This document shows positions 50,776 through 60,261 of a stretch of 64,000 nucleotides of DNA, piece by piece. Within the stretch, counting starts at the first letter, position 1, and each line of letters begins with the position of its first letter. The position numbers and the translations under genes were made by a program. This stretch comes from Nitrosopumilus sp. Lineage in GTDB: Archaea > Thermoproteota > Nitrososphaeria > Nitrososphaerales > Nitrosopumilaceae. The stretch covers positions 1,824,001 through 1,888,000 of the forward strand of contig OZ242041.1 in NCBI GenBank assembly GCA_965205215.1. The letters are read 5' to 3'. The notes under the pieces are model-generated. The model was not told the DNA's origin and did no database searches. It saw nothing but the letters and a program-made list of their open reading frames with translations.

Positions 50776-50903
50776 TGTCCCGGCGGACGCCGCCCACGTG
50801 GCGTGCTCGGCTTTGCTGCTCTTGGCTTTGCCGCTCCCGGCGCGTCCCTTCCTCAAACGCCGCGCAAGCCGCGCAAGCCGCTCATGCCTCCATGCCGGCC
50901 GAA

Positions 50904-52943
50904 TCACAGCACCAGCACAGCCACAAACGCGGACACGAACACGATTGCAATCGTGTTTAGCAGCTTGATCACGGTGTTCAGCGCGGGCCCCGCCGTATCC
51001 TTGTACGGATCCCCGATTATGTCGCCCACCACGGCCACCTTGTGCTCCTCGGTGCCCTTTTGGCCCCTCATCTCCACCAGCTTCTTTGCGTTGTCCCACG
51101 CGCCGCCGGTGTTTGCCAGGTGGTACGCCAGGAATATCCCCGTGACCACGGCGCCCATGAGCAGCCCCGCCACGGCCGTCGGCCCTAGCAGCACCCCTAG
51201 TATGATCGGGGCGATGATTGCGACGATTGCGGACTTCCACAGCTCCTTTATCGACGCCACCGTCGCAATGTCGACGCACTTTGCATAGTCCGGCTTGGAC
51301 TTGCCCGTGAGTATCTCGGGGTCGGCCTTGAACTGCCTGCGGACCTCGTCGACCATCTTGCCGGCCGCCCTGGAGACCCCGTTTATCAGCTGCCCGGTTA
51401 TTATAAACGGCACCAGTCCGCCCACAAGCAGCCCCACTATAACGGCGGGGTTTGTGAGGCTGTAGTTCAGCTCCAGCACGCCTTCAAACACGTGGGCCGC
51501 CTCGAACTGGAATGCCTGTATCATGGCCAGCGCCGCAAGGGCCGCGCTTGCAATCGCGAACCCCTTTGTGACCGCCTTTGTGGTGTTTCCGACCGCGTCT
51601 ATCTCGTCTGTCACCTTGCGGTTCTCCTCCCCCATGCCGGTCATCTCCACGATTCCGCCGGCGTTGTCCGCGATCGGCCCGAACGCGTCGATGCTCAGCA
51701 CGATTCCGGCAAGGCTCAGCATCGCCATTGCAGTAAGCGACGTGCCGAATATCCCGTACAGGACGGGATCCGCGCCCTCGGGGGCGGCAGACGATGACAC
51801 CGCATACGATATGATTATTGCGGCAACGAGGGCAATCATGAACGGCCCCGTCGACTGCAGCCCCTTTATGATCCCCATCAGGGTCAGCGACGCATAGCCC
51901 CAGCGCGCCGACTCGGCGATCTCCACGACGGGCCCGTACTTGTAGTTGGTGTACCGGTCCGTTATCTTCTGTATGACCGGGACCAGCAGCACCCCGATGA
52001 CGGTGGTGCCAAACAGGGCGTACGACGCTGCGGTGTCGCCCACAAACCACATCGTAAAGGCAAAGTTCAGTACAATGGCAATCCCGGCCGAGACGTAGAA
52101 CGACCGGTCGAGGGGCTTCATCACGTCCGTGATGTTCTTTGAGCCGACTATGGCTATGCCGATTATGGAGGCAATCATGCCGGAGGTGCCAATCAGTATC
52201 GGGTACAGGAACAGCTCGGGGGCCCCGATGAGGGCCGCTATCAGGATTGCCGCCAGTATGGTCACGATGTAGGACTCGTACACGTCAGAACCCATTCCCG
52301 CCGCGTCCCCCACGTTGTCGCCCACGTTGTCAGCAATCGTGGCGGGGTTGCGGGGATCGTCCTCGGGAATGTTGGCCTCCACCTTGCCGACCAGGTCGGC
52401 CCCCATGTCGGCGGCCTTTGTGAATATGCCGCCGCCTATCCTGATGAACAGCGCAATCAGGCTGGCGCCTATCCCGACGCCGGCAATGGTGATCGGATCC
52501 TCATATATGAGGTACAGCCCGGTTATCGCAAGCAGCGCCATTGCGGGTATCGCAAGCCCCACGGTCGCTCCCCCCCGGAACGCCATCGCAAAGGTCTTGC
52601 CAAGCCCGCTGCCGCTCAGGTTTGCTGCCCGCACGGCGGCCTTTACCGTAATCTTTAGTGATATGAGCCCCGCAACGGCCGACAGCGTCGCCCCCACCGC
52701 AAACGCAATGCCGTTTGAGGGCTGCAGAAACGCTCCGATTATAACGGACAGCGCTATTGCCACGGGCACTATAACCTTCATCTCCCTCTTGAGAAATGCG
52801 GCGGCTCCCACGCGCACCGCGTCGGATATCTCCATCATCTGCTTTGTCCCGGCAGGCTGCCTTGAGATCCAGCCGACCAGCACGCCCGCCACTATAAACG
52901 AGGCAGCCCCCGCCGCAAAGGGCAGGATCTCGGAGAACTCCAT
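50904..52943 (-). CDS. hppA: Membrane-bound H+-translocating pyrophosphatase, K+-independent type
   Basis: GGGIFTKAADMGADLVGKVE, EDDPRNP, DNVGDNVGD and GDPYKD. GNTTKAVTKG carries the Lys/Thr signature of K+-independent enzymes. Confidence 0.97.
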   Translation of the reverse strand: MEFSEILPFAAGAASFIVAGVLVGWISRQPAGTKQMMEISDAVRVGAAAFLKREMKVIVPVAIALSVIIGAFLQPSNGIAFAVGATLSAVAGLISLKITVKAAVRAANLSGSGLGKTFAMAFRGGATVGLAIPAMALLAITGLYLIYEDPITIAGVGIGASLIALFIRIGGGIFTKAADMGADLVGKVEANIPEDDPRNPATIADNVGDNVGDAAGMGSDVYESYIVTILAAILIAALIGAPELFLYPILIGTSGMIASIIGIAIVGSKNITDVMKPLDRSFYVSAGIAIVLNFAFTMWFVGDTAASYALFGTTVIGVLLVPVIQKITDRYTNYKYGPVVEIAESARWGYASLTLMGIIKGLQSTGPFMIALVAAIIISYAVSSSAAPEGADPVLYGIFGTSLTAMAMLSLAGIVLSIDAFGPIADNAGGIVEMTGMGEENRKVTDEIDAVGNTTKAVTKGFAIASAALAALAMIQAFQFEAAHVFEGVLELNYSLTNPAVIVGLLVGGLVPFIITGQLINGVSRAAGKMVDEVRRQFKADPEILTGKSKPDYAKCVDIATVASIKELWKSAIVAIIAPIILGVLLGPTAVAGLLMGAVVTGIFLAYHLANTGGAWDNAKKLVEMRGQKGTEEHKVAVVGDIIGDPYKDTAGPALNTVIKLLNTIAIVFVSAFVAVLVL

Positions 52944-53076
52944 GTATGCGGACTGCCCGGGCATGTAAATATAAATCAAAAAACGGACAAACCCAGGCCG
53001 TGCACGCACAGGGCCGGCGGACCTGCTAATTCTCGGAATATGCCATACGCCGTTGCCGCGCCTGCAGTTGCCACTA

Positions 53077-53478
53077 CTACTTCCCGCGCCCCGATGCTCG
53101 CCTGCGGTACGGGGCAAACCTAGCGCCTGCCAAGCCGCGCCTGACGAGCCTGTTGAACCGCCTGCCGTGGGACATGTATCGGAACCTCATGTGGATGAGC
53201 TCGTGTACGATGGTGTTCTCAAGCACCCTCTCATTTGGAATCTTCCGCACGTTGATGAATATGGTGTTGTGCTGCAGATACGAGACGCCATAGTACTTGT
53301 ATGCAGACGTGCGCCTGCCCGCAGTCATCTCCCTCGGGGCGTCAAGCACCTCCCTCGTGGTCAGGAGCACCCTGGGCTCCGATATCGAAAAGCGGGCAGA
53401 GTATATCCCGACCTTTTCAAGTATGGCAAGGCGCAGCTCCGGTCCCAGCTTCATGGTGTCGGGTCGTGCGACCCGCAT
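53077..53478 (-). CDS. Small HExxH zincin-like protein (SprT/M48-like)
   Basis: TIVHELIH...SHGRRF motif. Confidence 0.75.
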   Translation of the reverse strand: MRVARPDTMKLGPELRLAILEKVGIYSARFSISEPRVLLTTREVLDAPREMTAGRRTSAYKYYGVSYLQHNTIFINVRKIPNERVLENTIVHELIHMRFRYMSHGRRFNRLVRRGLAGARFAPYRRRASGRGK

Positions 53479-53672
53479 ATATGGCTCAATGTCAACCCCA
53501 GCGACTCATTTGGTTTATTTTTTGAGATGGCGTGTATCCCGGCCGTTAATGCGGCGGGCCCGCGTTGGCGCGTACCCCGGATCACATGCCGGGACTCGCC
53601 TCGGGGTGGATAAGAGGATCAGGCATTGGTGGATAATCACCGCTCATACAGCCACCGTCTCATCACGTCCTG

Positions 53673-54254
53673 TCATCCCATGTTGGACATGATGCCACGG
53701 GTCTTATTTCTAATTTCGTCGGTGACCGGCGTGACGACCAGCCCCTCGTCCGGCTGCCCGTACAGCACCACGGTATTATCAGGCGCGTAGACGCATACTG
53801 GAATGACGAGCAGATCCTCCTCGCCATTTACGCGTATCCGGACGGGCGGCCTCGCCGCGAAGGCCTTGCGTATGGCCGAGACGCTCTCCCGCGTGATCTG
53901 GGCGGGCGGGTTTGACACCTCCATCACAGTGGTCTTTATTCCGACGCGGCTGCCCGCATGCCGCGCGCCGGCGCCGCGGCCTTCGCCCTCCTTGCCGTCG
54001 TCGTCGTCGGCGCCGCCCGTCTCTGCAAGCCGCGGATGGGGACGGATCCGCCTCTTCTCGAGCCCGTCCGTTATCTGGAGGGACGGGACTATGCCAAACT
54101 GTATCATCCTCTCGGTGGTGCGATCGCCTACGGTCACCACGTACGAGCCGGGGCGTATCATGCCTGCGACCTGCTCTTTTGTGATGCCGGCATCGGGTAG
54201 CAGGACGCCCAGCGGCGTCTTTAGATCTTCACGGCACGACTCCGGCAGCCTCAC
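53673..54254 (-). CDS. GTP-dependent dephospho-CoA kinase (DUF359 family)
   Basis: LKTPLG, TVGD, NPP..IT, GEEDLL and YGQPDEG motifs. Confidence 0.9.
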   Translation of the reverse strand: MRLPESCREDLKTPLGVLLPDAGITKEQVAGMIRPGSYVVTVGDRTTERMIQFGIVPSLQITDGLEKRRIRPHPRLAETGGADDDDGKEGEGRGAGARHAGSRVGIKTTVMEVSNPPAQITRESVSAIRKAFAARPPVRIRVNGEEDLLVIPVCVYAPDNTVVLYGQPDEGLVVTPVTDEIRNKTRGIMSNMG

Positions 54255-55501
54255 GGGGAATCAGCCTTGCCGCCGTATGACGCAGTGGATAAGGGTGGCG
54301 AATCGGCTGCCGTCGTCTGCGCCGCCAGTGGGGCGTCAGAGGGCGGCGGGGCATCCGCGGCCTGGGCGGCGGCCGTGCCGGGCGCCGCAGGCGCGTCGGG
54401 GGCGGCGGCAGAAGGTTCCGCGACCTCTGCACTCGCCGCTTCCTCCTGCTGCAGCCTCGCCGCAAGAATGCTGCACTGCGCCGCTATGTTGCGGGCCGCG
54501 CTCCTGAACGCGGCCCCGCCTGGAGAGTCGGGGCCCGTAATCATTATGGGCTTGCCCAGGTCGGAGCCGGACATTATGCCGGAATTGAGCGGAATCTCCC
54601 CGAGGAACGGGATGTCGAACTTTTCGCTTATCTTTTTGGCGCCGCCGTCGCCGAATATGCGGTGCTTTGCATCGCAGTTGGTGCATACAAAGTGGCTCAT
54701 GTTCTCCACCACCCCGAGTATCGGGACGTTGAGTTTTTCAAACATGCCGATCGCCTTCACGGCCACGTTGCTTGCCACCTCCTGCGGGGTGGTTATCACC
54801 AGTATTCCGGTAATCGGTATGGTCTGCGCCAGCGTCAGCGGTATGTCGCCGGTTCCGGGCGGCAGGTCCACTATCAGATAGTCCAGATCCGACCAGTCGG
54901 TGTCCACCAGGAACTGCTTGAGTATCCCGGATATTATGGGGCCCCTGTATATTGCGGCCTGGTGCGCCTGGTCGGCAAAGAACCCGAACGAGACAACCTT
55001 GAGCCCGTTGGACTCGGCCGGTTGGAGCTTGTTGTTGTCCACCTCCATGCCGCCCTCCTTTATCCCAAGCATCAGCGGAATGCTGGGGCCGTATATGTCG
55101 GCGTCAAGCAGCCCCACCTTGGCCCCGGCCTGCTGCAGTGCAAGGGCCAGGTTCAGCGACACGGTGGACTTGCCGACACCGCCCTTGCCGCTCGCGACCC
55201 CGATGACGTTCTTGACGGTCGCCAGGCCGGTGTCGTCGTCAAGGGAGCGCCCCTCCATGACCTTTGCGGTCACGTTCATGTCAAAGCTCTTCAGGCCGCC
55301 AAGCTCGCCCATCACGCGCCGCACGTCCTCCTCAATCTCCACGTTGAACGGGCAGGCGGGGGTGGTGAGCTCAAGCGTAAACTTTAGGTTGTCGTCCACC
55401 AGCTCCATGTCCTTTATCATCCCCATCGAGACGATGTCCTTTTTGAGATCCGGGTCAATCACGGTCTCAAGCTTGCCGATTACCTCTCCAATCTCAACCA
55501 T
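54251..55501 (-). CDS. mrp: Mrp/NBP35 (ApbC) Fe-S cluster carrier ATPase with N-terminal DUF59 domain
   Basis: VIDPDL, LTTPACP, SGKGGVGKST, DADIYGPS, DLPPGTGD and ENMS..C..C motifs. Confidence 0.95.
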   Translation of the reverse strand: MVEIGEVIGKLETVIDPDLKKDIVSMGMIKDMELVDDNLKFTLELTTPACPFNVEIEEDVRRVMGELGGLKSFDMNVTAKVMEGRSLDDDTGLATVKNVIGVASGKGGVGKSTVSLNLALALQQAGAKVGLLDADIYGPSIPLMLGIKEGGMEVDNNKLQPAESNGLKVVSFGFFADQAHQAAIYRGPIISGILKQFLVDTDWSDLDYLIVDLPPGTGDIPLTLAQTIPITGILVITTPQEVASNVAVKAIGMFEKLNVPILGVVENMSHFVCTNCDAKHRIFGDGGAKKISEKFDIPFLGEIPLNSGIMSGSDLGKPIMITGPDSPGGAAFRSAARNIAAQCSILAARLQQEEAASAEVAEPSAAAPDAPAAPGTAAAQAADAPPPSDAPLAAQTTAADSPPLSTASYGGKADSP

Positions 55502-55860
55502 ACCCGGGAAAATCTGCATTCTATATTTATAGATAAACGGCGCGGGCACTGGACGCCGCGGGGCGTTCCCCGGCAGGGCCGCGGGCCCGCAGGCAGGGCC
55601 GCGACAAGACGCGCGTCGCCGGCATGGCCGGTGGCGGCCAAAGGTGCGCGCGACGCGGGCCCCGGCCGTCGACGGATCACGCGCGTGTGTCCGGAGACGG
55701 CACACCGTGAAGGCGCCAAGCGCCCGGGCATGCACGGAGTACGGACTAGGCCCCGGCCCGTGAAATCCGAAAACGAGGGCCGGCAGGCACGAACTTTCAA
55801 GGGACTTGGTTCCATACAATGTCCAAAGATTCATAAATTAACCCTCAAGAGGAGCGACAG

Positions 55861-56475
55861 TTGTTTTCAATATCGACCCTGGCCGATGTAGTCAGAATTC
55901 CCCCCGACCAGTTTGGAACCACGCTTCGAAGGGCCGCCATCACCATACTAAAGGAAAAGTACGAGAGCATGATAAACGCGGAGCTCGGATACATAATCAT
56001 GATTCTGGACGCAAAGGTCGACGAGATGGGCAAGATGGTCGCCGGAGACGGGGGCACGTTCCACAGGGTCAGGTTCAAGGCGCTCACGTTTTATCCGAAG
56101 ATGCAGGAGATCGTGCACGGCGAGATCGTGGACATTACGGACTTTGGCGCGTTCGTCAGGATAGGCCCCACTGATGCCTTGCTGCACCTCTCGCAGGTCA
56201 TGGACGACTACCTGAAGAGCGACGTAAAGTCCGGAATTATAATAGCCAACCAGAGCGGCAGAACGCTCAGGGTGGGATCGGCGCTGCGCTCCAGGATCAC
56301 GGCCGTGTCGCTTGGAAAGGCGGCGGCGATGGGAAAGATAGGAATCACGTGCAGGCAGCCGTTTCTTGGCACCGACGAATGGATAGCAGAGGAGATCAAG
56401 AAGGCAGAGGGGGGCGAAGACGAAGGCGACGGCGCCAAGCAGGCTAGCAAAAAGACAGAGGGAGGTAAAAAGTAG
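55861..56475 (+). CDS. rpoE1: DNA-directed RNA polymerase subunit E' (Rpo7)
   Basis: VRIPP, GDGG, S1 domain (FGAFVRIGP.DALLH.SQ) and RQPFLG..EW. Confidence 0.96.
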   Translation: MFSISTLADVVRIPPDQFGTTLRRAAITILKEKYESMINAELGYIIMILDAKVDEMGKMVAGDGGTFHRVRFKALTFYPKMQEIVHGEIVDITDFGAFVRIGPTDALLHLSQVMDDYLKSDVKSGIIIANQSGRTLRVGSALRSRITAVSLGKAAAMGKIGITCRQPFLGTDEWIAEEIKKAEGGEDEGDGAKQASKKTEGGKK

Positions 56476-56477
56476 CG

Positions 56478-56666
56478 ATGCCAAGAGAGATGGCCTGCCG
56501 CAACTGCAAGTATGTCACCACCGCCAAGGTGTGCCCCGTATGCAAGTCGTCGGATCTGACCCCGGACTGGAACGGGATAGTTCTGGTGGTGGATCCCACC
56601 AACTCCAAGATATCAAAGACGCTCGGCATAACCCAGAGGGGCAAGTACGCAATCAAGGTTACATAA
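56478..56666 (+). CDS. spt4: Transcription elongation factor Spt4 (RpoE'')
   Basis: ACRNC...CPVC...W.G and GKYAIKV; follows rpoE'. Confidence 0.96.
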   Translation: MPREMACRNCKYVTTAKVCPVCKSSDLTPDWNGIVLVVDPTNSKISKTLGITQRGKYAIKVT

Positions 56667-56867
56667 CTAGCCTACGGCCGGACGAAACGTGACGGACGGG
56701 CGCACGCGCTGTGAAAGCATGCACGCCATAACCATATCACAGCCGCAACCAACGTCATTGTCATCATACCATAACAGCATCACACCACGGCGGCATCACG
56801 GATCAGGCATGGCAGGACTTTTTGCCGACGGCAAATGTTTAAGGAAAACAGGCAGATACGGCATGTG

Positions 56868-57719
56868 ATGAGGATCACACAGGATGCACGGCGCCACCTA
56901 CGCAGGTTCCTAGCAGAGGACGTTGGACGGGGGGACGTTACGGGCGCGCTCCTGCCAAGGGGCGTGATTACGGCAAGCATAATCACAAGGCAGGGCGCGA
57001 CTGTGGCCGGAACCGCGCACGCGAGGGAGATATTCAGGCTGAAGGGATGCAGGTGCAGGACGCTCAAGCCCGACGGATCCAGGGCGTCGGCAGGCGACAC
57101 GATAATGAAGGTCAGGGGGGAGGCGAGGGCCGTGCTTGCGTGCGAGCGGACCGCGCTCAACCTGCTCTCAAGGATGAGCGGCATTGCAACCAGGACCGCC
57201 GAGATTGCAGGCAAGCTGCCGGCAGGAGTCGGGATATACGCGACCAGAAAGACCGCGCCCGGGCTGCGCATGTTTGACAAGGAGGCAGTAGAGATTGGCG
57301 GTGGCAGGAGGCACAGGATGGGACTTGACGAGTCCATAATGATAAAGGACAACCATGTCGCGGCCGCCTCTCTGCTGATGGCAGGCCTCGCCCCAGAGGC
57401 GGCGCTCGAGCATCTGATAAGAAAGGCAGGGGACAGGCGCGGCGACCTGGAGGCCGAGGCCGACAGCGTGAGTGGAGCCATTATTGCGGCGCGCGCCGGG
57501 GCGGGCACCATAATGCTGGACAACTTTACGCCACGGCAGGTCAGGACGGCAATACGGCGCCTGGAATCAGAGGGACTCCGCGACGGGGTGCGCATAGAGG
57601 CGTCGGGCGGGATAACTGGCAGGAACATATCGGCGTACGCGAACAGCGGGGCCGACATGATATCTGTGGGGTTCATAACGCATTCGGTGTCCGGAATAGA
57701 CATGAGTCTGGAGATCTAG
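56868..57719 (+). CDS. nadC: Nicotinate-nucleotide diphosphorylase (carboxylating)
   Basis: EDVG.GD.T, ERTALN, TRKTAPG, HRMGL, IKDNH, MLDN and EASGGI motifs. Confidence 0.96.
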   Translation: MRITQDARRHLRRFLAEDVGRGDVTGALLPRGVITASIITRQGATVAGTAHAREIFRLKGCRCRTLKPDGSRASAGDTIMKVRGEARAVLACERTALNLLSRMSGIATRTAEIAGKLPAGVGIYATRKTAPGLRMFDKEAVEIGGGRRHRMGLDESIMIKDNHVAAASLLMAGLAPEAALEHLIRKAGDRRGDLEAEADSVSGAIIAARAGAGTIMLDNFTPRQVRTAIRRLESEGLRDGVRIEASGGITGRNISAYANSGADMISVGFITHSVSGIDMSLEI

Positions 57720-58078
57720 CGCCCTTTCGGACGCTTCATCGAGTCAAGTATGCTCATAGCCTCCTCGTGCCCTGGGTCGATCTCTTGTATCTTCCTGCAC
57801 GACTGTTCCGCCTTGGTCTTTTGGCCGAGAATCATGTGGGCCCTGGCCTTTAGCAAGAGCGCCTCCGTGTCGTACGAGCCGATCTCGAGCGCCCTGTCCA
57901 GATACTCGAGTGACTGCCCATAACGCTTCTGCGTGTAGTATATGGCCCCCATCGTAAAGAAGAGGTCGTGGTTGTGATCCCCTATCTGGCGTATGTAGTT
58001 TTTGCCGCATCGGAGGGCCTCATCATACTTTTTGTCCCTGACGAGCTTCTTGAACTCCTTGAGAAGCCTGCCGCCCAT
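57716..58078 (-). CDS. Tetratricopeptide repeat protein
   Basis: TPR-like helices (MGAIYY...ALEI, KARAH...IDP). Confidence 0.8.
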   Translation of the reverse strand: MGGRLLKEFKKLVRDKKYDEALRCGKNYIRQIGDHNHDLFFTMGAIYYTQKRYGQSLEYLDRALEIGSYDTEALLLKARAHMILGQKTKAEQSCRKIQEIDPGHEEAMSILDSMKRPKGR

Positions 58079-58131
58079 TCCCTTTTTGGGGTTGTCCGAG
58101 CCGCGCCGCCATAAGAGCCCCGTCATCTCAA

Positions 58132-59145
58132 TCAGCCGATCTCAAGCATCCGCTCTATTGCGAGGCGCGCCCTGTCGGCTATGTGCGGGGGGACGCTCAC
58201 GACGCTGCGCTCGTTTAGAAGCGAGTCGTACACCTTTTGGAGCGTTATCATCTTCATGTACTGGCACTCTGCGTTTTCAGACGCAGGCACAAAGTTCTTT
58301 GTGGGGTTCTGCTTTCTCATGCGGTACAGGATTCCGACCTCCGTCGCCACGACAAAGTTCCGCGAGGGTGACGCGGCCACGTGCTTGAGCATGCCTTCGG
58401 TGGACAGCACGGACACCTTTGCGTCCCCGAACCCGCCGGATGCAGCATCGTACATCATCGGGGTGGTGCAGCTGCACTCTGGGTGTATTACAAACTCCGA
58501 GTTCCTGAGGGAGGCCAGCTTCTCCTCTATGTCCTGCGGCGTGATTCCGGCGTGCACGTGGCACTCGCCGGCCCATATGCGCATGTTCTTCCGTCCGGTC
58601 ACCTTCGCCACGTACGACCCAAGGAACATGTCAGGCAGGAAGAGTATCTCCTTCTCGGCAGGGATAGAGTCCACCACCTTTACCGCGTTTGAGGAGGTGC
58701 AGCAGTAGTCAAGCTCCGCCTTTATCTCCGCGGTCGTGTTGACGTACCCGACCGATATGGAGCCGGGGTGCGCCGCCTTCCAGTCGCGGAGCTCCTCTAC
58801 GGTTATGGAGTCCGACAGGGAGCATCCGGCGTCAAGCTCCGGGATGAGCACCCTCTTGTGCGGACTGATGATGGCGGCAGTCTCGGCCATAAAGTGCACG
58901 CCGCAGAACAGTATGGTCTGCCGGTCCACTTGCGCGGCCTGCCGGGAGAGCCCAAGCGAGTCGCCCGTATAGTCGGCCACGTCCTGGACGTCGGGCACCT
59001 GGTAGTTGTGGGCCAGTATGACCACGTCCTTTTCCTCCTTGAGGCGCAGGATCTCCTCCTTGAGGGCGGACACCTGCTGTTGCTGTTGTTGCTGTTGTTG
59101 CTGCTGTTGTTGTTGTTGACGGCGTTCAGAGATGAGCATGGTCAT
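58132..59145 (-). CDS. nadA: Quinolinate synthase NadA with N-terminal poly-Gln
   Basis: LAHNYQ, GDSL, CGVHFMAE, GCSL, YVNT, CHVH, HPEC and CQYMK motifs. Confidence 0.97.
   Translation of the reverse strand: MTMLISERRQQQQQQQQQQQQQQQVSALKEEILRLKEEKDVVILAHNYQVPDVQDVADYTGDSLGLSRQAAQVDRQTILFCGVHFMAETAAIISPHKRVLIPELDAGCSLSDSITVEELRDWKAAHPGSISVGYVNTTAEIKAELDYCCTSSNAVKVVDSIPAEKEILFLPDMFLGSYVAKVTGRKNMRIWAGECHVHAGITPQDIEEKLASLRNSEFVIHPECSCTTPMMYDAASGGFGDAKVSVLSTEGMLKHVAASPSRNFVVATEVGILYRMRKQNPTKNFVPASENAECQYMKMITLQKVYDSLLNERSVVSVPPHIADRARLAIERMLEIG
59074..59118 (-). repeat. Mixed CAA/CAG trinucleotide tract encoding 15 Gln in NadA
   Basis: 15 consecutive TTG/CTG triplets on the plus strand. Confidence 0.9.
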
Positions 59146-59304
59146 TTGTCAGATAGGCCCAAAGGTGATTTAAAGCGTTACAAACAGACCATTACGTGAC
59201 TAAAACCGCAGGCGTGCGGCAATAATTGCCATATTATACGCTTGAGCGGTACCGTTCAGCATGGATTACGCGGCAGCGGCGGGCAACCGGGGCAGGCACT
59301 GCCG

Positions 59305-60147
59305 TCACCTATTGCGCGTGGCGTCATTCCTGCCACGGCTGCCGTCATCCGAGCAGTATCCCGCAAGCGCCTCGACTGCGGAGAGCACGGCAAGCCAGCT
59401 CGTCTTCGGGTTTGTCGGGGACGGCACGTTCTCAATCTCAAACGTCATCCTCCCAAAGGCCCCGGACGCCTCGACCCTGTGGGTGTTCCTGTCCGTGTTG
59501 GGATCGGCCACCATGCGCACGATGGTCCTGCTCCCCCCTATCCCCGCAAGCGAGAGGGCGGCGGCAACGTTCACGTTTGCGGGAAACAGGGAGACGGCGT
59601 CCACTGCGGGGCCCTCGTACAGCACGGCAGGCGAGGTGGTTACGTCGGGGACGGCGTCCGACTTGTCAAAGAACGGCGCCCCCCGCAGCGAGTCGGGGTG
59701 CTTCGTGGTGGTCAGCGTGACGCGCTCCAGCTTGTCGCGAACCGCACGTATGCCGTCAAGCCCGGCTATGGCCCCGCTCGGGATGATGATGCGGGTGCCG
59801 AACTCCTTTGCAGCCTCAAATATCACGTCATGGATCGAGTCGTCAAGCAGGGCCCCGACGGACATTATCATGAGGTCCTTGCGGTTCTGTATCACTGCCA
59901 GGGCCGAGTCCCGGAGGGCCTGCTGGGCGGCGGCCTCTACTATAATGTCGGTGCGGCTTGTAAACAGCAGGTTCGGGTTGGACGTTATCTCAGGCCTGGA
60001 TTCCGGAAGGCGGGACGCAAGCGACTCTGCGGCGGCGCGTGAAGCGTCATAAACGTGGGTCAGTTCGGCCCGTATGGAGCGGTCCTCTATCGCAAGCGCG
60101 ATTGCAGAACCGATTGTGCCGCAGCCCAGCAGTCCGACCCTCTTCAA
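59305..60147 (-). CDS. nadX: L-aspartate dehydrogenase
   Basis: GCGTIG, EAAA, MSVGAL, SGAIAGLD, FPANVNVA and NPKTS motifs; adjacent to nadA. Confidence 0.95.
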   Translation of the reverse strand: MKRVGLLGCGTIGSAIALAIEDRSIRAELTHVYDASRAAAESLASRLPESRPEITSNPNLLFTSRTDIIVEAAAQQALRDSALAVIQNRKDLMIMSVGALLDDSIHDVIFEAAKEFGTRIIIPSGAIAGLDGIRAVRDKLERVTLTTTKHPDSLRGAPFFDKSDAVPDVTTSPAVLYEGPAVDAVSLFPANVNVAAALSLAGIGGSRTIVRMVADPNTDRNTHRVEASGAFGRMTFEIENVPSPTNPKTSWLAVLSAVEALAGYCSDDGSRGRNDATRNR

Positions 60148-60261
60148 TACGTGCGTTGCGGTGCGATGCTAATTAAGTTTAGATTATGCGCAGGCAAAAG
60201 CTGCGCGCCATCCGGGCACCCGGTGCCCAATACTTTTATGACAAATGCGACAAAACCAGAC

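Noticed and set aside
50858-50882. CCGCGCAAG short direct repeat as a CRISPR or regulatory repeat
   Set aside because: Two abutting 9-bp copies with no spacers; consistent with simple slippage.
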